A DNA stretch of 64,000 bases. Source: Deltaproteobacteria bacterium TL4 (GTDB taxonomy: Bacteria; SAR324; NAC60-12). Where the stretch lies: positions 20,683 through 84,682 of the forward strand of contig JBBCAX010000121.1 in the NCBI GenBank assembly GCA_051382335.1. Reading direction: 5' to 3'. A program made the position numbers and the translations under genes. The stretch's first letter is position 1, and every line of letters begins with the position of its first letter. Positions 49,729 through 59,711 of the stretch are shown piece after piece. A model generated the notes under the pieces. It did no database searches. It saw nothing but the letters and a program-made list of their open reading frames with translations, and had not been told where the DNA came from.

Positions 49729-49922
49729 CTCGACTTTGAACAATTTGCTCAATATTACTCCTGAATAAAATCAGAGACTTATAAAGTCGTATTAGAATTA
49801 ATGATAGGTTTGGCCTGAAAAACGGGAAATAATAACCTTGCATTAATTCATTCATAAAATAAAACCACTGATATTATTGAATAATTAAAACTAAAACCAT
49901 GAATCAAATGTTCAAAGTCCAG
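49729..49922. mobile_element. MITE family F (194 bp)
   Basis: TIR CTCGACTTTGAACA / TGTTCAAAGTCCAG; 6-bp TSD ACTTTT at 49723-49728 and 49923-49928; second copy at 63865-64000. Confidence 0.92.
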
Positions 49923-49954
49923 ACTTTTGAGATTACAAACAAAATTTAGCCAAT

Positions 49955-51649
49955 TTAATACTTAACACCCTCTGCGGTATATCTAACCAAAATGATGTCA
50001 TACAATCCTTGATGTATGTTTCCATCCAAGCGCCCCCAAGCATCGCCAGTGATATAGACATCCCCCGCGGAATCCAGCGCGATACCGTAACCATGATCTC
50101 TGGCACCTGTTCCTATTTGCCGAACCCATTTTTTTTCGCCATGGGCATTATACTTCACAACAACGATATCTGGCCCGCCATAATGAGGCTGTCCCTCCAA
50201 GGGGGCATCGGCTTCACCTGTTACAAACACATCTCCTGAAGCAGCATTATAAACAATCCCATAAGCACTGAGTCCCCAATAGGTCTCAGGTGCGCCAAGT
50301 TGCCGAATCCACTGTTTTTCAGCATTAGCCGCCAATTTGATCACAAACATTTCACCCTTGGGGGAAACAGTCCCTGTGACCAGATCCCCTTCTGTACTTC
50401 CTGACACATAAACTTCCCCCGAATTACTTACTGTAATGGCAAGACCATAATCGGTTTTAGGCGTTCCTAATTGCTGAACCCACTGGATTGTCCCACTTGG
50501 CTCACATTTGAGAACAAACACATCAAACCCTCCCACATCATGGTTTTCCTGGAGAGCGCCACTCGTACTTCCAACGATGTAAATCTGGTCTTTGGCATCA
50601 ACAGCAATTCCACTTCCGAGGTCATCTTTGTCAGTCCCAATCTGATGAGTCCATCGCCATTGGCCGTGAAGATCAAATTTCATGAGGAAGGCATCTTTTT
50701 CTCCTTGATATGTTTGCCCCTCCATACGGCCAAGGGTGGTGCCCACCAAAATCAAGTTGCCTGAATGATCCATCGCCATTCCAGAAACTTCATCTTGAGC
50801 CAATGTTCCTTTTTGACGCAACCACTGAAGTTCGCCCTCAGAATTATATTTTGCCAAAATCAAGTCACTTGCTCCTTGAGGCAGATCGTCACCCAACCGC
50901 CCTGTGGTTGTCCCTGTGACAAAGATATCCCCCGTCGGAGCCACCACAACACCATCGCCTGTTTCAGTCCCCAGGCTTCCAAGTTGCCTGACCCAAAGCA
51001 CTTGCCCGTCAGGACGATACTTTGCTAGAAACAAATCCGTTTCTCCATGAAATGGATTGTTTCCCAGACTTCCTCCCGTCGTACCAACAAGGTAAACATT
51101 TCCTGAACCATCCAGTGCAATGCCTTTCCCTGAATCAGGTTCTGGGGTTCCCAATTGCTGTGTAAACACACCCACATTAAGAAACTTCAAGGGTTCAATT
51201 TTTAGCTCACTATAGTCGGTATCTTTTGAAGCAATCGTTCCAAACTCAAGATAGTATTCTTGATTGCCGTCAGGTATTTTATCATGAATCCCTACAACTC
51301 CGACGGTTCGAGCAACATACCAGTTAGTTGGCGTAAACCTTAAAAATTCAGGAACCACTTTTCCTTCTGAAGGATTACTGCTTGATAAGGGAATCACCAC
51401 TTCATGCTTAGGTTTTGTTTTCAATCTCAATTTAAACAGTCCAACTTCTCCCGATTCTGAAGTTTTATCTTTGACAGCAGAGATCATAATCCCCGGCACA
51501 GGCATCGGCTTTTGAGTTGGCTTCGATGAAAAAACAAGCGTTTTTAATTCCGCGGCATAAAAGCCAGCATAGCTGACCAGGATCAAAAGAACGACAACTA
51601 CGAAGGAAAGGTGTTTATGATTCCTCATCTTTTTTATAATTTTTTTCAT
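49955..51649 (-). CDS. membrane-anchored protein with Calx-beta-like domain and SBBP beta-propeller repeats
   Basis: TM helix; FTPTNW..V.V.G..D...DG; seven repeats of W..QLGT...D.G.GIA.D..G..Y..G.T; start chosen at ATG 51649. Confidence 0.85.
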   Translation of the reverse strand: MKKIIKKMRNHKHLSFVVVVLLILVSYAGFYAAELKTLVFSSKPTQKPMPVPGIMISAVKDKTSESGEVGLFKLRLKTKPKHEVVIPLSSSNPSEGKVVPEFLRFTPTNWYVARTVGVVGIHDKIPDGNQEYYLEFGTIASKDTDYSELKIEPLKFLNVGVFTQQLGTPEPDSGKGIALDGSGNVYLVGTTGGSLGNNPFHGETDLFLAKYRPDGQVLWVRQLGSLGTETGDGVVVAPTGDIFVTGTTTGRLGDDLPQGASDLILAKYNSEGELQWLRQKGTLAQDEVSGMAMDHSGNLILVGTTLGRMEGQTYQGEKDAFLMKFDLHGQWRWTHQIGTDKDDLGSGIAVDAKDQIYIVGSTSGALQENHDVGGFDVFVLKCEPSGTIQWVQQLGTPKTDYGLAITVSNSGEVYVSGSTEGDLVTGTVSPKGEMFVIKLAANAEKQWIRQLGAPETYWGLSAYGIVYNAASGDVFVTGEADAPLEGQPHYGGPDIVVVKYNAHGEKKWVRQIGTGARDHGYGIALDSAGDVYITGDAWGRLDGNIHQGLYDIILVRYTAEGVKY

Positions 51650-51814
51650 AATTTTTGAGCACTGGTTTCGTTTAATTTTAAAATACAAAGCCTTTATCAA
51701 TACCTTCGCCAAAATGATGAGATCAATCATAATGGGCGAAGCTACTGTCTATCAAAGCCCTATCGTTATGGCAAGGGGGAAATAGCATTGACAACAGTTG
51801 ATTGTCGGTGACGA

Positions 51815-54800
51815 TCAAGAACCTGTGGCGGCTTTAAAACTTCCAGCTTTGATTTGATAAACCGCAACCCGGGGATCCTGTGCCTGAAAAATGGAGATTG
51901 TCTCGGGATGACACGTGAAGAACCAAACCTGGTGGTTTTTCGCAAGCTCAATAATCGCACGGGATGTCTGATGAGAGCGTCCTGGATCAAAGTTTACAAG
52001 AATATCATCCATGATGACGGGAAGCACTTCGCTCTTCTCCGCATAACTGGTCATATAACCAAAACGAATTGCCAGATAGAGCTGCTCAGCAGTAGCACGA
52101 CTCAGGTGCTGAGGTTTTTTTCGACTGCCATCGCGAGCAATGACCTCAACAGTACGTTCACCCAGGGGCGCGATTATGTTCTGATATTGCTGTCCTGTAA
52201 ACGTTTTAAAGTAATGGGAAGCTTCTTGAATGACTTTAGGCTGATGTTCTTTTTCAAACCGTTTTCTGGCTTCATCCAGAAGAAATTTAGCAAGGGCGTG
52301 AGTGCCCCATTCTTTGGACAGCACTCGAATTTCCTCTTTAATTTTTTCCTCTTCCGCGCGTAGACGGGAGATTTCTTCAGAAGAAGCCAAATTGATGATT
52401 TTCTGATTCAGATCTGCTTTTTTCTGCCGTAAATCTTCCAGTTCGGGGACAAGGCCCTGAAGTTGCTGTTGCAAACGCTGGGATTCATTTTCAAGCGCGT
52501 CCCGGGTGTATGGCTTCAGATTTTCTTTCAAGGTGTCAAAATTATGTTGCCCTGAAATTTTTTTCAAAGTGCCCAGGGTGATCTTCATTCTGGACAGTAT
52601 TTCCGATCGCTCTTCAAAGGACTGTCCCAGTGTTCGAAAATGCGCCTCATTCTCAGCATTGGCTTCCTGTAATAAGGCGTCCATCTTCGATTTTATTGTT
52701 TCGATCTCGTGTTCGATGGCTTTGATTTCTCTTTTCACTTTGTCCAGAGGTCCTTGAAGATTTTTTTTCTTTTCGCAAAGGGCTTTGTTCTGATTCACCT
52801 CTTGATGGAGCAGTTCAATCGCGGAAATCAAACTTTCGTGTTGAGGTACCGTTCTGTCTATTTTCGAAAAGACCTTTTCGCTCAAGGAATTAAACTCGAA
52901 AATTTCTTTTTCCTTTTGTCTGAGGGACTTTTCCAACTCGGCTTTGGCATCGATAAAACGGATGCAGTTATTGATGGTATCCAGTGCTTTTAATGCGGTT
53001 TCGGGAGAAATGTTCTGATCCAGACCTGTTTTATCCAGCCATAAGCGCCATTCTTCCAGGTTTCTGGTTTCCTGATCCATGGCCAGGGTTAGGCGTTTTT
53101 TTGCGTTTTCAAGTTTTTCATCCAAACTCCTTCTATTTTTTTGTTTTTCCTCAAGGGTTCTTGCGGCCAGATCTCGCTTCTGCTTTCGATCCACCATGTT
53201 TTTGGATTGTCTCAGAAACCCGTCTACCCAAGAGAGCAACTCGGTTGGATCCACCGTAACCTTTGCTGAAAGCTCAGGAACCTTGCGGAGTAAATGACCA
53301 TATTCCTGGCTGGACGATTCCATTTCCTCAATTCTTTTTTCCAGGGTTTGGACTTCCACGATCCGTGTTTTGATGCTGTCAACCTTGGCAAATATCAGTT
53401 CAACCGTCCGGGGCATAGTCCCTGGTTTCAACAGCAACCGGCCAAGGTGTTCTTTCCATTCATCCAGTGCTTGCGAACGGGCGTTTTGCTGGGAGGTCAA
53501 CCGATTGCGAAGCTTCTCGACATTTTCTTTGACTGAAGTTTCCTTGCTTTTGATTCGATCCAATTCTTCTTTCAAGCGAACCCGGTCATCAAAGGCTTTC
53601 AAAGCTTCATCCATTTGTGATTCCAAAAAGTCCACGTCTTTGGAATCCGCCCTCTCCGCCAAACCTAACTTATTTCTGAGTTCTTGAACCTGGGACTCCA
53701 ATCGGAGTTGCTGCTGCTCCAGATTTTTAAGCTGAGCCTCTATTTTCTGGATCTCCTGTTTTTTCTTTTCTTCAGCCGGTTGACTCTTCCTGGAGGAAAA
53801 TTGACTTTCCACCAGTCGATTCAACGCCACCCCCAGAACCAGAAGAAGCCCCCCCAGCACGCTTCCTTCAAGCAATCGCCCCATCGCTGCTAATAGTCCC
53901 CCCGCAACAAGAGCGGAGAGCAACAGGATGAACGACAGCCTTTTCAAATATTTGGCAAAGGGTTGGCGGGCTAAGGCGGAGGTTTCCAGCAAGAGCGCCT
54001 GTTTATCGGAAAGACGTTCTTTTTGATGAGTGAGGGTTTCTAACAATAAATTCTTTTGATTCCAGCAATTTTTATAAAGCTTTATGTCATTTTTTCTGAC
54101 AACAAAGGCGTCTCTTGTGTTCCATGAGGGTTCAGGAATGGCCTGATAATCATCCTCAACTCGTTTCAGCTCTTTTTGGAGCGTAAACAGGTTTGTTTCC
54201 TCAAGTTCCAACTTGTTCTTTGTCTCCGTAAGCTGAGCACTTGCCGCGTTTAATTCGTGTTCAAAACGTTGAATTTTTTCCTGAGCAGGAACCGAACCAT
54301 CAAACGTCTGAACTTCTGAGAGGCTCCAATCCGGATCGATTTCCTGGATGGCATGTTTTAGAGCATTCTTTGCGTCCTCCCATTCCTTCTTTCGTTTGGG
54401 AATGTCTTTGACGACTGAGGCAAACTGGTCTCGCCCTCTTTGAATAGAGAGCAGCATTTCTTCAGAAACCTGAAATTCAAGATCCTGATATTTTTCTATT
54501 TCTTTTGTCGCAACCTCCTCTTCCTGTTGTGACCGGAGCTGTTCTTCCTTGACGACCCTAAGCGTTTCTTCAGCGCTTTCACGTTCTTTTTTAGTTTCCT
54601 GTAATTTGGATTGATAGCGTCGCATGGCGTCTTGCGTAAACAGTGAGCGATCAACCGCGTATATTCGTTTTTCTGTCCAGTCACTCCCTAAATTATCTAA
54701 TTCCCGTTGTATATCACTTTTTTTGCGTTCCAACTCGAGCTGATTCAAGGGCACTTCCTTCAGATTCTTCGCGTAGATCTCCCGTCGCGTGATCAGTTCA

Positions 54801-55768
54801 TAGAGGCTGGATTCCTGAGCAATCAAGGTGTCCTCCGGCCTCAGATTGTTTCCTTGTATTTCGTAATCAGATTGCTCCTGAAGGCGTTTATTTAAGGAAT
54901 TCTTTTCGCTTTCCAGTGTTTTTTGCAAATCATTCAGGCGGTTCAAGCCCTCATCAGGATATTGGGTAACAATGACGGGTAAATGTTCTAACTGGTCTTC
55001 CAAGTCTTGCATCAAAACCCATTCTTCCCACAATTGCAGATAAGTATCCATCCGCTTGCTTTTTGAACGAAGATCGAGCTCGTCTTGTTGGAAACGCGCA
55101 ATTTTAGCGATGATTTCTTTTTGGGAGGAAAAAGCTTCTTCATATTCCTTGATTTCATTGGCAGCGTTCTTTATCTTTTCCTGAACCTCTTCCAGGGAGG
55201 AAAGCATGACATTGATTTGTGGATTTCTCCCACCGGGTTTAAAAAGATTTTCGAGATGGGCTTTTAATTTTTTCATTGTTTGTGGAATCGCCATCAACGC
55301 CGTTCCAGCCCCCGCGCCATAAAGCGCGCCTTTGACACCCTCCTCATCCAGAGAGGCAAAGGTTTGAAGTTCTTCCAAGCTGAAGGCGTAGATGTTTTTA
55401 TAGATGGGTTTTGTCATTCCTCCAAGGAGATGTTTCAGTTCTTCTTCGCCACCGCTCGTCCCCTCTTCATCATGAAGCGTTACAGGACCGCCTTTGGTGC
55501 CTTGTCTGCGTTCAATCACGACCGTTCCTTTTCTTTCCGTCTGAACCACCAACCGCCCGCCATGTTGTCCCCCAGCGAGGGGTTCATAAAGATTTTCACT
55601 GGATCTCCCGTCAGGAAAGCCAAAGAGGAGAGAGCGGATGAACCCCAGAAAGGTGGATTTTCCCGCCTCATTATCCCCTAAAATCAAAACCAAGCCCTCT
55701 GGCAGATTTTGTAATGAGGCTTTATGATAAATGCCAAAGCCCTCTATTTCAACGTTAACGATTTTCAT
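51815..55768 (-). CDS. yhaN: YhaN-family SMC/Rad50-like AAA ATPase
   Basis: GDNEAGKST Walker A, LLFGFP, long coiled coil with central hydrophobic hairpin, LSRATAEQLYLAIR, MDDILVNFD, FTCH; ATGA overlap with yhaO. Confidence 0.88.
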   Translation of the reverse strand: MKIVNVEIEGFGIYHKASLQNLPEGLVLILGDNEAGKSTFLGFIRSLLFGFPDGRSSENLYEPLAGGQHGGRLVVQTERKGTVVIERRQGTKGGPVTLHDEEGTSGGEEELKHLLGGMTKPIYKNIYAFSLEELQTFASLDEEGVKGALYGAGAGTALMAIPQTMKKLKAHLENLFKPGGRNPQINVMLSSLEEVQEKIKNAANEIKEYEEAFSSQKEIIAKIARFQQDELDLRSKSKRMDTYLQLWEEWVLMQDLEDQLEHLPVIVTQYPDEGLNRLNDLQKTLESEKNSLNKRLQEQSDYEIQGNNLRPEDTLIAQESSLYELITRREIYAKNLKEVPLNQLELERKKSDIQRELDNLGSDWTEKRIYAVDRSLFTQDAMRRYQSKLQETKKERESAEETLRVVKEEQLRSQQEEEVATKEIEKYQDLEFQVSEEMLLSIQRGRDQFASVVKDIPKRKKEWEDAKNALKHAIQEIDPDWSLSEVQTFDGSVPAQEKIQRFEHELNAASAQLTETKNKLELEETNLFTLQKELKRVEDDYQAIPEPSWNTRDAFVVRKNDIKLYKNCWNQKNLLLETLTHQKERLSDKQALLLETSALARQPFAKYLKRLSFILLLSALVAGGLLAAMGRLLEGSVLGGLLLVLGVALNRLVESQFSSRKSQPAEEKKKQEIQKIEAQLKNLEQQQLRLESQVQELRNKLGLAERADSKDVDFLESQMDEALKAFDDRVRLKEELDRIKSKETSVKENVEKLRNRLTSQQNARSQALDEWKEHLGRLLLKPGTMPRTVELIFAKVDSIKTRIVEVQTLEKRIEEMESSSQEYGHLLRKVPELSAKVTVDPTELLSWVDGFLRQSKNMVDRKQKRDLAARTLEEKQKNRRSLDEKLENAKKRLTLAMDQETRNLEEWRLWLDKTGLDQNISPETALKALDTINNCIRFIDAKAELEKSLRQKEKEIFEFNSLSEKVFSKIDRTVPQHESLISAIELLHQEVNQNKALCEKKKNLQGPLDKVKREIKAIEHEIETIKSKMDALLQEANAENEAHFRTLGQSFEERSEILSRMKITLGTLKKISGQHNFDTLKENLKPYTRDALENESQRLQQQLQGLVPELEDLRQKKADLNQKIINLASSEEISRLRAEEEKIKEEIRVLSKEWGTHALAKFLLDEARKRFEKEHQPKVIQEASHYFKTFTGQQYQNIIAPLGERTVEVIARDGSRKKPQHLSRATAEQLYLAIRFGYMTSYAEKSEVLPVIMDDILVNFDPGRSHQTSRAIIELAKNHQVWFFTCHPETISIFQAQDPRVAVYQIKAGSFKAATGS

Positions 55769-57024
55769 TGGTCGGTCTCCAACATATAAAGGCATAAGAG
55801 TTCCGCGTCTTTAAGCATTTGCACGATTTCTTCAGGGGCAATCTCCTGGAGGACTTTGGAGGCACGGTTATTATGATATAACTCTCCAAGTCCTTCTTCG
55901 AATAAACGCTTCAGACTCTCCTCTGTTTCCGCCAATTCTGCTCCGATGCGTAACACTTGTCCCAGGAAGTCATGGCTTTCCCTACGTTTTTCCAAATCGA
56001 TTTCGGGACGGCAATCCAGGCTTAGCTTTTGAAGCCACACAAAGGGAGTGTTGGAATTGAAAGCCTCTCGGGTTCGTTGAAGTAACCCTTCCAGAGAGCC
56101 CTCCTTGTGAAGTTCCTGGTAGAGGGAGGTGCAGCCTGTAAGGGTCAGACGACAAAGGCAAGGGCGGGATTGCTTATTAACCAAATTTTCCATACCACGG
56201 CAGAGGGCCTTATCGAGTTGATCCAAGGTGAGGATGCCGTCAAGCGGCACCAGTCCACTCACCCAGCGTACCGTATCCAGTTCACAAAATTCCAAATCGG
56301 TGACATGCTGCGTATCGTCCACATGAACCAGGAAACAACCTCGTTCGTTTTGTTCCCGAATACTCCGTCCCTGGGTGTTTCCGGAATACACCACATAAGG
56401 ATTTTCATGCAACACCTTTTTTTCGTGGACATGCCCAAGTGCCCAGTAATTCATGCCTACCTCAAGCAACTCCTCAAGGTCACACGGCGCATACGGTTCA
56501 TGCCCCATTTCACCGCCCACATTGCAGTGGAGCAAGCCGATCTGAAACGTATCTGAATCCATTTTATCAAATTTTTTGACCAGGTTGTTTTTCTCATTTC
56601 GTTTTTCGTGACTGATTCCGGAGATGACAGCGATTTGGGTTTGATTGACCAGCACAGGAACACTTTCCACTTTGCCATAATCAAAAATATGAACACCTCC
56701 AGGCCATTCGATGGTTCTGGAATGGCCTTTGAAAGGATCATGGTTTCCGTGAACAATAAAGGCTTGGATCTGATGGTCCGCCAAGCGTTTGAGCCCGTCG
56801 TGAAAATAGAGTTGCGCTCGTAGGCTCCGATCCACGCCGTCATAAATGTCTCCCGCAATCAATAAAAACTGAACTTGTCGCTCAATGCAAAGATCTATCA
56901 GCGCGTCGTAAGCCTCAAAGGTTGCGGAACGTAAGGCCTCCGCAATGTTTGGTGAGTCTGCGGTTACGCCACAAAAGGGACTATCCAAATGAAGATCAGC
57001 CGCATGAATAAAAGTAAAAGCCAT
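55765..57024 (-). CDS. yhaO: YhaO-family Mre11/SbcD-like metallophosphoesterase
   Basis: FIHAADLHLDSPF, AGDIYD, HGNHD, YWALGHVH, YSGNTQGR. Confidence 0.9.
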   Translation of the reverse strand: MAFTFIHAADLHLDSPFCGVTADSPNIAEALRSATFEAYDALIDLCIERQVQFLLIAGDIYDGVDRSLRAQLYFHDGLKRLADHQIQAFIVHGNHDPFKGHSRTIEWPGGVHIFDYGKVESVPVLVNQTQIAVISGISHEKRNEKNNLVKKFDKMDSDTFQIGLLHCNVGGEMGHEPYAPCDLEELLEVGMNYWALGHVHEKKVLHENPYVVYSGNTQGRSIREQNERGCFLVHVDDTQHVTDLEFCELDTVRWVSGLVPLDGILTLDQLDKALCRGMENLVNKQSRPCLCRLTLTGCTSLYQELHKEGSLEGLLQRTREAFNSNTPFVWLQKLSLDCRPEIDLEKRRESHDFLGQVLRIGAELAETEESLKRLFEEGLGELYHNNRASKVLQEIAPEEIVQMLKDAELLCLYMLETDQ

Positions 57025-57209
57025 AGTTCATCTGTTTATGAGGATTACAAGAGGGTCATGATCAAGAGAACTCACATCCTCTGATTTAGGGATAGTCTCC
57101 ATTCCCAAGGTTTTCACTCCTGAGAATACAACCTTTAGCTTAACAACGCTTGTTCCCACATTATCGAATGTCATAGGGCTACTCACTTAAGCCGGGACAG
57201 CTATTCAAA

Positions 57210-57298
57210 GTAGGATGTGTTAGCCGGTAGGCGTAACGCATCAATAAACCCGCCTCTGCCTGAGGCGTTACGCTCACAAGCTCGCTAACACATCCTAC
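57210..57298. repeat. GTAG-type REP-like inverted doublet
   Basis: GTAGGATGTGTTAGC...GCGTAACGCATCA ... TGAGGCGTTACGC...GCTAACACATCCTAC. Confidence 0.8.
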
Positions 57299-57329
57299 CG
57301 TGAACGCTTTATCAAACGTCCGGATGGGA

Positions 57330-57922
57330 CCACCGCCGCTCAACGTTTTTTCCTGCAAGAACCTCAGGATTTATTTCAACGGCTCTTGCGACGGATGCCT
57401 CCCTTATCCAGACCGGCGGCTTCCAGAAAAAAGGAGCAAAGGAGCAATACCCTGAAAGTCGCTTGATTGCTGGATTGGCGAAACGATGACTATAGCCGTC
57501 CCAACTTCTGGTTGGCGGCTTCCCGTAACTCTTCGGTAGAGCGCCAGAAATGCTGACGCAGTTCCTGCTCTACCGCAGCCACTACTTCTGCGTCTACTTT
57601 GCGTTTCGAGTCAGAAACGCAAGGGACTCTTCCCCACAGGCTACAAACTCCCTCCAATAATTATCGACATTCCGACGATCTTTATACCCAAACGCCTCTG
57701 CTATCGCCTGAAGTGTGTATTTGTGTTTCCCTTCTTCTGTTCTCCAGGAACGTAGAAAGATCCTCCCTATTTTCCGGTTTTCGGGACTCTCGCTCATTTC
57801 CCAATATCCTTCCTGAGTCTTTATCCGTAATCGACCGGCTTCACTTCTATATTCAAGGGAAGGGAGTGAACGCTCTCACTTTAGGTTGAATTTTTTTTTG
57901 TTTTAATGAGTCAACCTGTTAG
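57330..57922 (-). pseudogene. degraded frameshifted gene, probable transposase remnant
   Basis: HTH-like YTLQAIAEAFGYKDRRNVDNYWREF frame continues after a frameshift as VDAEVVAAVEQELRQHFWRS...; multiple stops on both sides. Confidence 0.45.
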
Positions 57923-57973
57923 GTGGCCTGTGAAACATGCCTAGCTGGTGGGGCGTTTGTCAATTTCCCGGTC

Positions 57974-59011
57974 TTACCACCATTCGAGTTTCTGTTTATT
58001 CTTTTTGATTTTCTGAGAAAAAAATGCGCGTAATTCTTCGAGCAACGGTTTCTTGGGAATTCGTGTGGGTCCTTCATTCATGATGACCATGTGAGAGGAC
58101 ACACATTCAGCGAGAGCTTTGAGATTATAGCCTCCCTCCAGAATACTTACTAATCGTCCATGAGCATACTGCTCCGAGATTTTTTTCAGTTCTGTGATGA
58201 TGACATCAAATCCATATTGAGTTAGTTGAATATTCGCCAGCGGATCACTTTGATGAGCATCAAATCCTGATGACAAAATAATGAATTCCGGCTCAAATTT
58301 TCTAAAAGCAGGTATTAGGACTTGATGCAGGACTTCAATATAATGTTCGTCTTTTGAATTCGGAAGCATCGGACAATTTAGTGTATATCCTATTCCGTTC
58401 CCTTTCCCTCTTTCTTCCGCAAAACCTGTCCCTGGATAACAGGTTTTGGGATCTTGATGTATACTTGCGTAAAAGACGTCTGCTCGTTCTTCGAAAAAGT
58501 GTTGCGTTCCATTGCCATGATGCACATCAAAATCAAAAATCAGAATTTTTTTGCAGCCCATTTTCTGGACTAAATACTCCGCAGCAATGGCCGCATTGTT
58601 GAAAAAACAAAAACCCATCGCTTCTTCCCGCTCTGCATGATGGCCAGGCGGACGGACTGCGCAAAAAGCATTATCCAGTCGATTTTCACTTACCTCAATC
58701 ACAGCATCAATGACGGCTCCCACCGCGTGTCTTGCCACGTCAAAGCTATAATCGGATATAATGCAATCATCTGTGCCAAAGGTGTGTCGTCCCAAAAAAC
58801 TAGCCATTTCCAACCGACCGATATAATGGCGACTGTGGATTAACGATAGTTCGTCAACTTCCGCTTTTCTTGAGGGATAAAGAATAAAATTTTTGAGTAA
58901 CCGCTTTTCTTTTAGGTGCCGGTTGATGGCCTCCAAACGCTGCGAACTTTCTGGATGGCTTCCCGTTTGATGGCATAAAAAGATAGGATCGTAGAAAAAA
59001 CCTGTTTTCAT
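57974..59011 (-). CDS. histone deacetylase family (AcuC/HdaH-like) amidohydrolase
   Basis: HPES..RL, RPPGHHA, GFCFFNN, DFDVHHGNGTQ, SGFDAH..DPL, LEGGY; start at ATG 59011 overlapping the CBS stop. Confidence 0.93.
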   Translation of the reverse strand: MKTGFFYDPIFLCHQTGSHPESSQRLEAINRHLKEKRLLKNFILYPSRKAEVDELSLIHSRHYIGRLEMASFLGRHTFGTDDCIISDYSFDVARHAVGAVIDAVIEVSENRLDNAFCAVRPPGHHAEREEAMGFCFFNNAAIAAEYLVQKMGCKKILIFDFDVHHGNGTQHFFEERADVFYASIHQDPKTCYPGTGFAEERGKGNGIGYTLNCPMLPNSKDEHYIEVLHQVLIPAFRKFEPEFIILSSGFDAHQSDPLANIQLTQYGFDVIITELKKISEQYAHGRLVSILEGGYNLKALAECVSSHMVIMNEGPTRIPKKPLLEELRAFFSQKIKKNKQKLEWW

Positions 59012-59439
59012 CGCTGTTTTTCTTTTTCTGGCTTCAGTTGACAAATCACATCATGTCTGGATATCACTCCCACTAATTGGTCCTGATTTACCACAACAGG
59101 AAAGCTTTTAAGCTTTGTTTCAACAATCAATGATAGAATACGGGTCAGTGGTTGATCTGGACCAACAATAATCGGTTTTGAGGTGTAGAGATCAGCAACT
59201 GTTTTTTCAAGTAAGGTTTCATAGGGAGGAACAAGACTATCATTGGTAAAAATAAAGTTTCGGAGAAAATCAAATTCAGAAACAATCCCAACAAGCTTGG
59301 AATTTTCAACGACAGGAAACATACTGTAGCCTCTTTTTTCAAACAACAATTCAAGTTCTTTAACCGTTGTGTCTAAAGAGACCGTTTCAATTTCACGTGT
59401 CATTGCGGTTTCAACAGTAAGTGTAATAAAGTGGTGCAT
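59008..59439 (-). CDS. CBS domain-pair protein
   Basis: TVETAMT..., FPVVE..LVGIVS..DF, FPVV...LVGVISRHDV. Confidence 0.88.
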   Translation of the reverse strand: MHHFITLTVETAMTREIETVSLDTTVKELELLFEKRGYSMFPVVENSKLVGIVSEFDFLRNFIFTNDSLVPPYETLLEKTVADLYTSKPIIVGPDQPLTRILSLIVETKLKSFPVVVNQDQLVGVISRHDVICQLKPEKEKQR

Positions 59440-59663
59440 GATGATTATATTCTCCAATTTAAAGTCTTCAAATCTATTCAATAAATACATTGGATTCAAA
59501 GGCAATGCTCCGCATTTTGATTCGTTTGATCATATTGATCCAAGGCGCGATACTGAGTAACAAATGATCGTTCTAACCTTCTAACCTTCTAACATTTTAT
59601 TTTCTAATAAGCCACTCTTCAATTACCTTTTTCGCTCAAACAAAACATACGCCCTCTGTACCC

Positions 59664-59690
59664 GCGTTCCCACGTAAAACGTGAGAACGC
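59664..59690. terminator. hairpin downstream of pgi (terminator or REP-like)
   Basis: GCGTTCCCACG-TAAAA-CGTGAGAACGC. Confidence 0.45.
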
Positions 59691-59711
59691 TTTGAATGGA
59701 ATTAAATAGGA

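Noticed and set aside
59571..59593. TTCTAACC x3 microrepeat
   Set aside because: Too short to assign any function.
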